64,000 nucleotides of DNA. It comes from an uncultured Elusimicrobia bacterium (GTDB lineage Bacteria > Elusimicrobiota > Elusimicrobia > 2-01-FULL-59-12). Shown here in pieces: positions 19,190-29,186 of this stretch. Numbering within the stretch: the stretch's first letter is position 1; every line of letters starts with the position of its first letter. The notes beneath the pieces are model-generated. The model was given only the letters and a program-made list of their open reading frames with translations. It did not search any database and was not told the origin of the DNA. The stretch is from positions 12,072 through 76,071 of the forward strand of contig CAZDML010000001.1 in NCBI GenBank assembly GCA_964506645.1, in the 5' to 3' direction. A program made the translations under genes and the position numbers.

Positions 19190-20435
19190 ACAGCCCCTCA
19201 GCATCGTAGTCGCTCTGTTCTTAGGCGTCAGTACGGCGCTTCGGGCGGATGAGCTCAGGCTCACCGCTGAAAATCTGCCGCAGATGGTGAGGGAGCGACA
19301 TCCGGCGCTGAAAGCTTCAGAGCGCTTGGTGCAGGCCGCAAAAATGCGGACCGGCTTCTGGCGACGATCCATGAATCCGCATTTGAACGTGACGTTGGGC
19401 GGCGAACGCTATGAAACCGGTCCGTATGCCGCGGAGACGCAGCCCTATGCGTTGGGCGAGGCAGCCATCAACGTGTTTCGAGGCGGCAAGGATCGTCTGG
19501 AAGATGTCCAGCGGCAAGCCTACGTGAAAATCGCCGAAGCCGAACATGAAACGCTTTTCCGTGAAGAGCTGGAGAAGGTTCGCCGCTTCTACTGGCAGTT
19601 CGTCGCCGAGCAAGAGCGGATGGTCCACATTGATGCGCTGTTGGAACAGGGAAAGCGCATTCGCCAGGCCGCGGAGCGGCGTGTCGCCAAAGGACTGACA
19701 ACCGATACGGACGTCCTGGCGGTTGATCTCTACAACCAGCAACTGGAGGAAGAAAAGAAGAGCTCCCTCAATGAAATGAGACTGAGTCATATTGCGCTTC
19801 AAGCCCCATTGAACATCTCTTCGGGAACCGTGATAACAACAGAAGGTCGCATCCCACATGAGCGTGTTGAAAATGCCCAACGGAACAATGCGGATATCCC
19901 GTCGGTGGTTCGCCTTCAGGCGCAGCGGGAAATCAATGAAAGCCAGCGGGCCCAATGGTCGCGCTGGTGGGCTCCGGAACTTGATTTCTATGGTCAGTAC
20001 GGGCTTTACACAAGACGTGACCGAGATTTTTCGCAGCGGAGTGATCGGGTCGATTGGGCGGCGGGCTTGCGCGCCCGGTTTTCTCTCTTCGATGGAGGAA
20101 ATTCCCTACAGGAAGCCAAATCCTCCAAGCAGCAGGCGGCGGCGTACGGCGAACTCGCCGCTTATCGTGAACGCGCATTCGACGCGGATGTGGAAACAGC
20201 TCTTCAGAAGATGCGGAATCTGGACGATCTCATTCATGGATCTGAGATATTCCTCGAGCGCGGGGAAAAGCTCCTACGGCAAACCTTAAGCGAATACGAC
20301 CGCGGTGTGCGGGACTCCCAAGAGGTTCTGGCCGCCTTAGATCGGCTGGCCGTTTTCCAACGCCGGCATCTCGAACGCCGGTTGGAGTATCAGAACACCA
20401 AAACTCACTGGCAGGCACTTACAGGAGGGCAATAA
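19182..20435 (+). CDS. outer-membrane efflux factor (TolC family), second copy
   Basis: Signal peptide. Two-repeat coiled-coil organisation typical of OMF. Overlaps the upstream stop. Confidence 0.75.
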   Translation: MTKQPLSIVVALFLGVSTALRADELRLTAENLPQMVRERHPALKASERLVQAAKMRTGFWRRSMNPHLNVTLGGERYETGPYAAETQPYALGEAAINVFRGGKDRLEDVQRQAYVKIAEAEHETLFREELEKVRRFYWQFVAEQERMVHIDALLEQGKRIRQAAERRVAKGLTTDTDVLAVDLYNQQLEEEKKSSLNEMRLSHIALQAPLNISSGTVITTEGRIPHERVENAQRNNADIPSVVRLQAQREINESQRAQWSRWWAPELDFYGQYGLYTRRDRDFSQRSDRVDWAAGLRARFSLFDGGNSLQEAKSSKQQAAAYGELAAYRERAFDADVETALQKMRNLDDLIHGSEIFLERGEKLLRQTLSEYDRGVRDSQEVLAALDRLAVFQRRHLERRLEYQNTKTHWQALTGGQ

Positions 20436-20481
20436 TCATGTTGATGGTCATTAAAGTTGAAAGCGGGTGGGCGTGGCGAGC

Positions 20482-21843
20482 ATGAAGGCGATTATCCTCG
20501 CAGCAGGGAACGGAGAACGCTTTCGAAAAGTCGGCATACAGACGCCGAAACCCCTCCTGCGCCTCGGGGGATTGAGTCTGCTGGAACGGACCGTACGAAC
20601 GGCTGTGAAGGCCGGCGCGAGCGAGGTATTGATCGTCGTGGGATCCGAAGCGGAGACCATTCAATCTGCTCTAGCCCCGAGGCTCTCCGGACTCAATATC
20701 CGCTGGATCATTAACGACCAGTGGCGATCCGGCAACGGGACGTCGGTTCTGGCAGCGGCCCCCTTCCTGAATAGGGAACCCGCCCTCATCCTCATGGCGG
20801 ATCATCTTGTGTTCGCTCCGACGTTGCGCCGCTTATGGGAAGCGGCAGCCCGGATAGACACTTCCGTCATGGCAGTCGACTTCAAACTTTCGTTGTTGTC
20901 TGATCCGGACGATGCCACAAAGGTTCAGGTCGACCTTGATCACATCACAGCCGTCGACAAGGCACTCTCTCATTTCAACGCTTATGACACCGGGATGTCC
21001 GTCTGTACGGCAGTCTATTTCGACCGGCTGGCGGAAATCGCGCGACGACAGAAAGGCATTTGTTCGCACAGCGACGGGATGCGAAGCCTGGCGGCGTCTC
21101 GACTTTTAATGGCCTGGGATATTGGCTCGGACCGCTGGGAGGATGTCGATACTCCCGCTGCATACAAGGCTGCGGAAACGATTCTCATGAACTCCCTTAG
21201 AAAATCTACGGACGGGTTTATGTCGAAGCATCTCGAGCGTCGGCTCTCGGGATGGGTCACGCAGCGCTTGATTCATACGCCCGTGACGCCGAATCAAATG
21301 ACGCTGCTTGTCGTTGCCATCGGCTTGGGGGCGGCATGTCTTTTTTCACAGCCCGGGTATTGGGCGAAGGTCGCCGGAGCGCTTGTTTTCTGGTGTGCCT
21401 CCTTTCTAGACGGCTGTGATGGTGAGATTGCACGACTCAAATTCATGGAATCCCGCCTTGGAGGGTGGTTGGACCTCTGGGCCGACAACGTGGTCCATAT
21501 GGCGGTCTTTGCAGGTCTAGGTATCGGGCTTTGGCGCGACACCCAAAGCGTTCACTGGCTTTGGCTCGGGTTTATAGCGGCGCTGGGTGTACTGATGTCT
21601 GTCGGCTTTGTTTCCTGGAACACGCTACGAAAGAAAAAGGAGGGCGGACCTCTTTTTACCTCAGTCTCTAATAGGACGGATCGCCTAAGTCGGCTGGCGG
21701 ACGCGCTAAGTCGTCGTGATTTTATTTTCGGAACCATATTTCTTGCTTTCCTTGAATGGCTGCCCGAATTCCTATGGGCCGCAGCGATCGGCTCCCATGC
21801 CTACTGGATCGTCCTGATTGCTGTTGCGATGAGACCTCGATGA
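20482..21843 (+). CDS. bifunctional nucleotidyltransferase / CDP-alcohol phosphatidyltransferase (IPCT/DIPPS-like)
   Basis: N-terminal MKAIILAAGNGERF NTP-transferase fold. C-terminal multi-TM domain with DGCDGEIARLKFMESRLGGWLDLWAD, i.e. D-x2-D-G-x2-A-R-x8-G-x3-D-x3-D. Confidence 0.7.
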   Translation: MKAIILAAGNGERFRKVGIQTPKPLLRLGGLSLLERTVRTAVKAGASEVLIVVGSEAETIQSALAPRLSGLNIRWIINDQWRSGNGTSVLAAAPFLNREPALILMADHLVFAPTLRRLWEAAARIDTSVMAVDFKLSLLSDPDDATKVQVDLDHITAVDKALSHFNAYDTGMSVCTAVYFDRLAEIARRQKGICSHSDGMRSLAASRLLMAWDIGSDRWEDVDTPAAYKAAETILMNSLRKSTDGFMSKHLERRLSGWVTQRLIHTPVTPNQMTLLVVAIGLGAACLFSQPGYWAKVAGALVFWCASFLDGCDGEIARLKFMESRLGGWLDLWADNVVHMAVFAGLGIGLWRDTQSVHWLWLGFIAALGVLMSVGFVSWNTLRKKKEGGPLFTSVSNRTDRLSRLADALSRRDFIFGTIFLAFLEWLPEFLWAAAIGSHAYWIVLIAVAMRPR

Positions 21844-21859
21844 ATTTAATCCTAATCGC

Positions 21860-22789
21860 ATGGTCGAACCCGTTATGAGCGGGCACGGTTCCCATTCCGT
21901 TCTTTTAACCAGGGCCACTGCCAAGCGCAGCATTTCCATTGCCCTCGGGATTACGGTTGCATTCATGGGGGTCGAAATTGTCGCCGGGATTTGGACGGGA
22001 AGTCTAGCGCTCCTGGCGGATGCCGCACATATGGCGACGGATGCTGCGGCGTTAGCCTTTAGTTTGTTCGCGTTCTGGATCGGGGATCGTCCACCGACGC
22101 TCAAAAGCACTTTTGGGTACCGACGATTGGAAATCCTTGCGGCACTTATGAACGGATTAGTGTTGTGGGTTACCGTCGGTTTCATCGCCCATGAAGCGTA
22201 TGCACGATTCCGGAATCCAACGACTATTCTTGCCGGACCGATGTTTTGGGTAGCCCTCGCCGGACTTGCGGCGAACATCGGCAGTGCTCTCGTGCTTCGG
22301 TCTTCCCAACGGATGAACTTGAATACGCGAGGGGCGTACTTGAACGTCATGGGAGATATGTGGGGATCCATCGGCGTCATTGTCGCCGCGGTCATGATTT
22401 ACAAAACGGGTTGGCGATGGGTGGACCCCGTGGCCTCCGTACTGGTATGCCTGGTTGTGCTCCATGGCTCTTGGATATTGATTAAAGACTCGATGACGAT
22501 TCTGATGGAAGCGGTGCCTGCGCATCTGGATACGAGCCAAATTCGCAAAGCATTGGAATCTTTGGATGACGTCAAAGGAGTCCACGATCTGCATATCTGG
22601 ACCGTGACGTCCGGTTATGACGTTCTAAGCGGGCATTTGATGGTAAATCAGATTGAAAGAAGCCCGGATATCTTAAAGCAGGCGCAAGATCTTCTACACG
22701 ACCGATTCGCGCTTCATCATGTCACACTGCAAATAGAAAAGTCGGATGGTCGCGTAAAGATTCCCGACGAAGGGGGCTGTCATGGGTGA
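21860..22789 (+). CDS. cation diffusion facilitator (CDF) metal exporter, CzcD-like
   Basis: Six-TM domain (SLALLADAAHMATD..., HxxxD metal sites) plus a C-terminal cytoplasmic domain (HDLHIWTVTSGYDVLSGHLMV). Confidence 0.85.
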   Translation: MVEPVMSGHGSHSVLLTRATAKRSISIALGITVAFMGVEIVAGIWTGSLALLADAAHMATDAAALAFSLFAFWIGDRPPTLKSTFGYRRLEILAALMNGLVLWVTVGFIAHEAYARFRNPTTILAGPMFWVALAGLAANIGSALVLRSSQRMNLNTRGAYLNVMGDMWGSIGVIVAAVMIYKTGWRWVDPVASVLVCLVVLHGSWILIKDSMTILMEAVPAHLDTSQIRKALESLDDVKGVHDLHIWTVTSGYDVLSGHLMVNQIERSPDILKQAQDLLHDRFALHHVTLQIEKSDGRVKIPDEGGCHG

Positions 22790-23396
22790 TTCAGCTCATT
22801 GGGACAACATTTATCGGGAAAGGTCTCCTCAAGGCGTGAGCTGGTACCAGGATCACCCCACGCTGTCCCTGCGACTCATTCAGGAGTCCGCGTCGGATCG
22901 AGCCGCCAACATTATTGATATCGGTGGCGGAGCATCGACCCTTATTGACCATCTTGTAACCACCTATGCCCATGTTGCTGTGGTCGATATTTCCGCACAG
23001 GCTTTAGAAGCAAGCAGAAAGCGGTTAGGTCCGAAAGCGGATCACGTGACCTGGTTTTGCGGTGATTTATTCGAAGTCATTCTGCCGGTAGGCCTTTATG
23101 ACGTCTGGCATGACCGCGCATTGTTTCATTTCTTGACGAGCCCCGAGGATCGTCGGAAGTACGTGAACGTAATGACCGAGGCTCTTAAGCCAGGCGGCAC
23201 TGTGATCATTGCCACGTTTGCTTTGGACGGTCCTTCGAAATGCAGCGGTTTGGACGTTATTCGTTATTCTCCCGAAACGCTTGCAAAGGAATTGGGACTC
23301 GGCTTCAGGCTTGCACAAACGCTTGATGAAGATCACAATACTCCAGCGGGCGCATGCCAACACTTTGTTTATTGCAGATTTCAGAAGAATCGGTAA
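22782..23396 (+). CDS. class I SAM-dependent methyltransferase (TehB/TPMT-like candidate)
   Basis: IIDIGGGASTLIDHLV glycine-rich SAM motif I. About 200 aa. Overlaps the CDF stop. Confidence 0.55.
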   Translation: MGDSAHWDNIYRERSPQGVSWYQDHPTLSLRLIQESASDRAANIIDIGGGASTLIDHLVTTYAHVAVVDISAQALEASRKRLGPKADHVTWFCGDLFEVILPVGLYDVWHDRALFHFLTSPEDRRKYVNVMTEALKPGGTVIIATFALDGPSKCSGLDVIRYSPETLAKELGLGFRLAQTLDEDHNTPAGACQHFVYCRFQKNR

Positions 23397-23414
23397 GGGG
23401 GCCGGGAAAGTATT

Positions 23415-24089
23415 ATGCGTATTCTTATCGTAGAGGATGATAAAAAGATCGCTTCGTTCGTCATGAAGGGACTGAAGCAGGCCGGATGTGTAGTCGACGT
23501 CGCCCCTGACGGCGATACGGGGCTCGATCTTGCCACAGCAGAGACCTATGACGCGGCTGTCTTGGATGTCATGCTTCCTAAACGTGATGGACTTTCAGTT
23601 TTGGAAGACATGCGAAAACAAAACGTGAAAACACCGGTCATCATTCTTAGCGCAAAACGCTCTGTGGATGATCGTATTAAAGGATTGCAGGCAGGAGGCG
23701 ACGACTACCTCACGAAGCCATTCTCGTTTTCAGAGCTTTTAGCACGCATTCAGGCTCTCGTGCGGCGAGCCAACCGGACGAGCGAGTCCACGATGTTGCA
23801 GCTCGCTGATTTGAAAATGGATCTTGTCAAACACCAAGCAGAGCGCGGTGGAAAATCGATTGAACTGCACAATCGAGAGTGGTCACTTTTGGAGCTCTTT
23901 ATGCGTCACCCGGGGCGGATGATGTCAAAAACGATGATCCTTGAAAATGTTTGGGATTACGATTTCGATCCTCAAACGAACGTGGTGGATGTGTTGGTAT
24001 GTCGGCTGCGTAATAAGATCGACAAAAACTACGCAAAAAAGCTTTTGCACACGACACGAGGAATGGGCTATGCCCTTAAAGACGTTTAA
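23415..24089 (+). CDS. OmpR-family response regulator of the heavy-metal (CusR/CopR/CzcR) subfamily
   Basis: MRILIVEDD...[10 protein letters not shown]...[19 protein letters not shown]...TTRGMGYAL closely parallels CusR. Confidence 0.85.
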   Translation: MRILIVEDDKKIASFVMKGLKQAGCVVDVAPDGDTGLDLATAETYDAAVLDVMLPKRDGLSVLEDMRKQNVKTPVIILSAKRSVDDRIKGLQAGGDDYLTKPFSFSELLARIQALVRRANRTSESTMLQLADLKMDLVKHQAERGGKSIELHNREWSLLELFMRHPGRMMSKTMILENVWDYDFDPQTNVVDVLVCRLRNKIDKNYAKKLLHTTRGMGYALKDV

Positions 24090-25458
24090 ACAAGCGTTTC
24101 AAAAACTAAGCGTTCGATTGACGTTATGGTATTCCTCCATCTTCATCATTTCCTCCATCGGCCTTGTCGGCCTCGTCTACATTCTCTTTTCATCTTCGCT
24201 GCTGTCCCAGGATAAGAGTTTCATTGAAGAAGAGTTCCAAGAATACCTTGTGGGATATCAGAATAGCGGCCTGGAAGGCGTCAAGCATGTTTTGGCCGAA
24301 GATAGGGCGTATGAACAAAATTCATTTCTTGTGCGCGTGGCTGATTCCGACAACCGAACCCTTTTTGTTTCGCTCCCTGAAACTCGCGATACCATCGATC
24401 TGGCGCCTCTACAAAAAGCCATGTCGACCGAGCGTGCTTGGATCAAACTGCATGGCGAGGAAGACACCCCGCTTTTTCTTGTGGCCTCCAAGCGTTTACC
24501 GGACGGCCATATCCTGCAGGTGGGGCGGAGCATTCGAACACAGGAACATTTGCTGGACCGTTTTCAGGACATATTGGCTGGAGTTTTGGGGCCGCTGATT
24601 GTTGTCGGCCTGGGCGTGGGGTTTTTTCTGACCCGGCGATCCCTCGTTCCTTTACGGCATTTGGGTGAAACGGTTCGTTCGATCCTGGCGACAGGGCATT
24701 CCGGACAACGGGTTCCGATGGCCGCCACTCAGGACGAGTTGAACGAGATCAATCGATTGTTCAATCAGATGTTGGATCGAAATGAATTCCTGATTCGTGC
24801 CATGAAAGAGTCTCTCGATAATGTGGCGCACGACCTGCGTACGCCGCTCACGGGTTTGCGCGGCGCGGCCGAAGTAGCCCTGATCGATACCCCCCAAGAC
24901 ACTCCTGCACAAGAAGCGCTGAGCGAATGTATTGATCAATCCGACCAAGTCTTAAAACTCTTGAATACGTTGATGGATATTTCGGAGGCGGAAAGCGGCT
25001 CCATGAAGTTGAACAAAGAGCCTGTTCGCATCCTGGATCTCTTTGAAAACGTGGTCGCGCTTTACGACATCGTGGCGGAGGAGAAAGGCGTCCAACTCAA
25101 CATCACTGCCGCCCATGATCTATTCATCCAGGCCGACCCCCAGCGTCTAAGACAGACACTTGGCAATTTAGTGGACAACGCCGTTAAATATACCTCGCGG
25201 GGCGGTGCCGTAAAGTTAACAGCAACTTTCGAATCTTCTGAAACCACGATTACCGTTTCAGACAACGGCATCGGAATTGCCCCTGAACATTTACCGCGCA
25301 TTTGGGACCGCCTCTATCGGGCGGACACTAGTCGTTCTGAAAAAGGGCTTGGACTCGGCTTGTCCATGGTCAAAGCCATCGTCGAAGCCCACGGAGGGCG
25401 GGTTCAGGTCGTCAGCACGCCCGGTCAAGGCTCTCGTTTCTCTGTCCATCTTCCCTAG
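24070..25458 (+). CDS. sensor histidine kinase (CusS-like, two TM helices and a periplasmic domain)
   Basis: Start ATG 24070 overlaps the RR stop. H-box [12 protein letters not shown]1 and G2 boxes (DNGIGI, GLGLGLS). Confidence 0.85.
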   Translation: MPLKTFKQAFQKLSVRLTLWYSSIFIISSIGLVGLVYILFSSSLLSQDKSFIEEEFQEYLVGYQNSGLEGVKHVLAEDRAYEQNSFLVRVADSDNRTLFVSLPETRDTIDLAPLQKAMSTERAWIKLHGEEDTPLFLVASKRLPDGHILQVGRSIRTQEHLLDRFQDILAGVLGPLIVVGLGVGFFLTRRSLVPLRHLGETVRSILATGHSGQRVPMAATQDELNEINRLFNQMLDRNEFLIRAMKESLDNVAHDLRTPLTGLRGAAEVALIDTPQDTPAQEALSECIDQSDQVLKLLNTLMDISEAESGSMKLNKEPVRILDLFENVVALYDIVAEEKGVQLNITAAHDLFIQADPQRLRQTLGNLVDNAVKYTSRGGAVKLTATFESSETTITVSDNGIGIAPEHLPRIWDRLYRADTSRSEKGLGLGLSMVKAIVEAHGGRVQVVSTPGQGSRFSVHLP

Positions 25459-25518
25459 ATTACACAGCCGTAATCTTTATGAAAGGTTCGTGAAAGCCGA
25501 TCCCGGTAGTCTTATGCC

Positions 25519-26631
25519 GTGGATGCTTTGCGAATTTTACTAACCACGGAAAGTTCCGGTTGGAGCGGGGGCGCAGCCCAAACCGTCCTCCTGGCACAAG
25601 AACTCATCAAACGCGGTCACTCTATATGGATTGGATGCCGATCTTCGAGCGACGTCTATAAACGTGCTCAACAGTTGCAGATCCCCTTATTCCCCATTCG
25701 CATTCGCGGTGATGCAGACCTGATCGCTGTTGCACGCTTGGTTCGATTTATCGTTTCCAATAAAATCAATGTGCTTCATGCACAACATCCCAAAGCCCAT
25801 GCGACAGGGCTCTTGGCCGCCCTGTTAACCCCCAGGCGTCTTGCGTTTTTCGTGACACGACGCGTTTCCTTTCCGATGAAGGATAATCCGTTTAGTCATT
25901 GGAAGTACACCTCCTCTCGAATCGATGCATTAATCGCCGTATCGGAAGGAATAAAAGACGTCCTCGTCCAAGAGGGTGTTGATCTCCATAAAATTCGGGT
26001 CATTTATAGCGCCGTCGACCCGACCTCGTTTCGTCCCTCGGCAATGCCGCAGCTTGTTGCGTTGAGAAAAATGCTGGGAATCAAAGCGGATGTTCCTGTT
26101 CTTATCAAAATCGCAAATTATTCGGACTGGAAAGGCCAGGCGGTGTTTTTAGAAGCTGCCGCCATCTTGCTGGCAAACGGCTGTAAAGTTCACTTTATTC
26201 TGGCGGGAAGAGGCAATGACGGTCCTGAAATCGCTCAACAGTTGAATAGACTGGGAATCAAAAACGACGTCATCGCCATGGGATTTAGAACAGACGTCCC
26301 CAATCTGTTGTCGCTGGCCGACGCGAGCATCAATTCAGCCGTTGAAGGGGAAGGGCTGTCGGGCGCCTTGCGGGAATCTCTTTTCTTGGGTGTGCCGGTA
26401 ATTGCAGCGGATGTCTCCGGAAATCGAGAATTGGTGGAGGACGGCATCACCGGACGGCTCGTGCCCCCAAAAAATCCTAAAGCCTTGGCTCGCGCGATGC
26501 GCTGGGTTATCGAAAACAAGTCTGAGGCTAAACTGCTGGCCGAACAAGGACGAACCAAAGTACGGGCTCAGATGCTCATTGAGAATACGACCACCCAGAT
26601 CGAATCGTTGTACCGGCAGTTCCTTCCTTAA
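25519..26631 (+). CDS. glycosyltransferase family 4 (GT-B)
   Basis: GTG start. C-terminal GT1 domain motifs (EGEGLSGALRESLFLGVPVIAADVSGNRELVEDGITGRLV). Confidence 0.7.
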   Translation: MDALRILLTTESSGWSGGAAQTVLLAQELIKRGHSIWIGCRSSSDVYKRAQQLQIPLFPIRIRGDADLIAVARLVRFIVSNKINVLHAQHPKAHATGLLAALLTPRRLAFFVTRRVSFPMKDNPFSHWKYTSSRIDALIAVSEGIKDVLVQEGVDLHKIRVIYSAVDPTSFRPSAMPQLVALRKMLGIKADVPVLIKIANYSDWKGQAVFLEAAAILLANGCKVHFILAGRGNDGPEIAQQLNRLGIKNDVIAMGFRTDVPNLLSLADASINSAVEGEGLSGALRESLFLGVPVIAADVSGNRELVEDGITGRLVPPKNPKALARAMRWVIENKSEAKLLAEQGRTKVRAQMLIENTTTQIESLYRQFLP

Positions 26632-26721
26632 GCTGTTCTTCTCTTCCTTTCCATTCTGTAATTTTCACGAAAGATTCCTGCAAGCCACCGGCGCTACCGT
26701 ATAGGAGTCACAAAAAAATAA

Positions 26722-27123
26722 ATGAAAAGGAGCTCGATCATGGAAAGAAAACAAATGCGTTACGTCATTGGGTTGCCGGTGTTTTTGGGGGCGACGTTGG
26801 CCTGGACGGGCCCGCTCTTTGCTGAACGTGAACAAAAGGAGCCGGAAATTCGAGGGTCGATCTCGGTCGGCAAAGCCAAAGAGCGGGACTATCCACAACT
26901 GGCCAAGATCACACAGGAACAGGCCTCCCGAATTGCCCTTGAGCGGCATCCCGGCCAACTCCTGAAGACAGAGCTGGAAAACGAAGACGGAACATTGGTT
27001 TACAACGTGGAAGTGGTAGCGCCGGACAAAAAAATGTCCGAAATCAAGGTCGATGCAGGCAATGGGCGAGTTTTAGCCCAGCGCATCGACGATGAAGAGG
27101 AAGACGAAGAGAAGGATGACTGA
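26722..27123 (+). CDS. exported PepSY-domain protein
   Basis: Signal peptide. ...TQEQASRIALERHPGQLLKTELENEDGTLVYNVEVVAPDKKMSEIKVDAGNGRVL matches the PepSY fold. Acidic tail. Confidence 0.6.
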   Translation: MKRSSIMERKQMRYVIGLPVFLGATLAWTGPLFAEREQKEPEIRGSISVGKAKERDYPQLAKITQEQASRIALERHPGQLLKTELENEDGTLVYNVEVVAPDKKMSEIKVDAGNGRVLAQRIDDEEEDEEKDD

Positions 27124-27254
27124 ATCCGCAAAAGGGACGTGCGACCCATGCGGAGGGACGACCCGAGGTGTCCCTCCGCTGGATTACTGTCTGGATTACA
27201 CGCGTGTAATGTTCACGCAAGCCTGGCGTAAGACCATCCCGTTATCCTTACCTC

Positions 27255-29186
27255 ATGAGAAATTCACATCGCTTGCGTATTGCATTGGGGGTCGCCGTCT
27301 TTATGCTTGCCGTATTTACAGCGCAGCGGTTTGCTCTCTTGATCGGCAATTGGTCGGGCCTGCCTCATTCGTGGAACAGTATTTTAAGCACTCTTCAAAC
27401 CGGCTTTCATATGGACCTGGCGGTGGTCAGTGTCCTGACCCTTCCGTGGCTTGTGTTCTTGAGCCTCCCCGTCAAATCTCACGGTCGCTCGGTGGGACTC
27501 ACAATCGCACTCTTCGTGTGGATGTTTGGATTTGTCTTCCTCAATATATGCGATGCCTTCTTTTTCGAAGAATTTAATTCCCGCTTCAACTACATTGCGA
27601 TCGACTACCTATTTTTAAATACCGCCGAAGTCCTGAACAACATTTATCAAAGTTATCCAGTGGTCCCGATTCTGCTTGGCGTCGGCGTCGCCATCGGCGG
27701 TGCCCTCTGGTTGATCCGTCGCAAGATCCAACCCACGGCATCCACCATGCCGAGTGTAAAAAAACGCCTGGCATGGCTTTTGGCGGGCGGCATGGTAAAC
27801 CTCTTTCTTGTATCGGGCGTTGATATCCGTACCGTCAACGCCAATCCGAATCGGATGCTGGGGGAAATAGGCGCAAACGGGTTTTACACGCTTTTCTACG
27901 CCCTTAAAACGAATCATCTCGTTTATGACCGGTATTACCTCACCATGCCGGACCAGGAAGCCTTTGAGCGTTCTAAACGTTTGGTCTATCAACCGGGGGA
28001 TCAAGCGTTCGGATCCCACGGGAATCCGCTTTTGCGACACGTATCTCCCCGAAATGGACTCGGGCGCAAAAACGTCATCGTTGTTCTTGAAGAGAGTTTT
28101 GGATCGGCATTCGTGGGAACATTGCGGCATCCCCATGAAGCTGTGACCCCTGCGTTTGATCGCATAAGCCAACGTGGGCTGCTGTTTACACGCATCTATG
28201 CGACCGGAACACGCACAGTCAGAGGGCTTGAGGCGGTGCTTGCCTCTTTCCCTCCTATTCCTGGAGCATCGATCATTAAGCGGGAGGGCTTCGGACATGT
28301 TTCAACGCTGGCCGGAACGTTAAAGGGGCGCGGATATAACACCACCTTCATTTATGGAGGGCGGGGCCTTTTCGACAACATGAAAGAGTTCATGGTGGCC
28401 AACGGCTTTGACCGTTTTGTTGAACAGAAAGATTATTCCCATCCCGCCTTTACGACTGCCTGGGGTGTTAGTGACGAAGATATTTTCAACAAAGTTCTCG
28501 AAGAATCAGACGGCCTCTCGGCGCAAGGAAAACCATTCTTTCTCACGGTCTTGACCGTATCCAATCACAAACCCTACACCTATCCCAAAGGCCGTATTGA
28601 TTTAGACCCTGATAGGCGCCGACGTCCCCATGCCGTCAAATACGCCGATTGGGCCCTGGGGAATTTCCTGGAACAGGCGAAATCGCATCCGTTTTTCAAG
28701 GATACGGTTTTCGTCGTCTTGGGTGATCATGGGGCGCGAGTGTACGGCGCCGATTTCATCCCGCTTCCCTCTTATGAAATTCCTCTTCTCATATACGCCC
28801 CGCATTTGCTGCCGAAGCCCCAACGGATCGATGTGTTGGGTTCATCCATGGACGTCGCGCCGACGATCTTGGGTTTGCTCGGTTTGGGTTATGACTCCAC
28901 GTTTTTCGGGCGTGATTTATTGCATTCGAATACGCGACCCGCTTTCGCGCTATTGCAGCATGACCGTGATATCGCGCGTCTGCAAGGCGACAGACTCATT
29001 CTCTTGTCGACCGGGGATCAATTGCATGCATTCCGACATGAACCCGATACGTCCAGTTTCACTCGCATGCCTTTAGCGGCGAAAGAAGACGGTGCACGGG
29101 ACACTATTGCGCTCTACCAAACGGCTTATCGTCTTTTTGAAAGGGGCTTGTACCGTACTCCGGATCAAAAGGGAACGATCCGGTGA
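27255..29186 (+). CDS. LTA-synthase/phosphoethanolamine-transferase family protein (sulfatase/alkaline-phosphatase superfamily, 5 TM plus periplasmic domain)
   Basis: N-terminal five TM helices, then VVLEESFGSAFVG...VLGDHGAR sulfatase core. Confidence 0.75.
   Translation: MRNSHRLRIALGVAVFMLAVFTAQRFALLIGNWSGLPHSWNSILSTLQTGFHMDLAVVSVLTLPWLVFLSLPVKSHGRSVGLTIALFVWMFGFVFLNICDAFFFEEFNSRFNYIAIDYLFLNTAEVLNNIYQSYPVVPILLGVGVAIGGALWLIRRKIQPTASTMPSVKKRLAWLLAGGMVNLFLVSGVDIRTVNANPNRMLGEIGANGFYTLFYALKTNHLVYDRYYLTMPDQEAFERSKRLVYQPGDQAFGSHGNPLLRHVSPRNGLGRKNVIVVLEESFGSAFVGTLRHPHEAVTPAFDRISQRGLLFTRIYATGTRTVRGLEAVLASFPPIPGASIIKREGFGHVSTLAGTLKGRGYNTTFIYGGRGLFDNMKEFMVANGFDRFVEQKDYSHPAFTTAWGVSDEDIFNKVLEESDGLSAQGKPFFLTVLTVSNHKPYTYPKGRIDLDPDRRRRPHAVKYADWALGNFLEQAKSHPFFKDTVFVVLGDHGARVYGADFIPLPSYEIPLLIYAPHLLPKPQRIDVLGSSMDVAPTILGLLGLGYDSTFFGRDLLHSNTRPAFALLQHDRDIARLQGDRLILLSTGDQLHAFRHEPDTSSFTRMPLAAKEDGARDTIALYQTAYRLFERGLYRTPDQKGTIR

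Noticed and set aside
18752-19372. 206-aa minus-strand ORF
   Set aside because: Overlaps the signal-peptide protein and the OMF gene on the opposite strand. Arg/Ser-rich low-complexity translation typical of antisense GC-rich frames.
21772-22395. 207-aa minus-strand ORF
   Set aside because: Antisense to the CzcD-like CDF gene.
27615-28298. 227-aa minus-strand ORF
   Set aside because: Antisense to the LtaS/sulfatase-family gene, whose frame carries recognisable sulfatase motifs.
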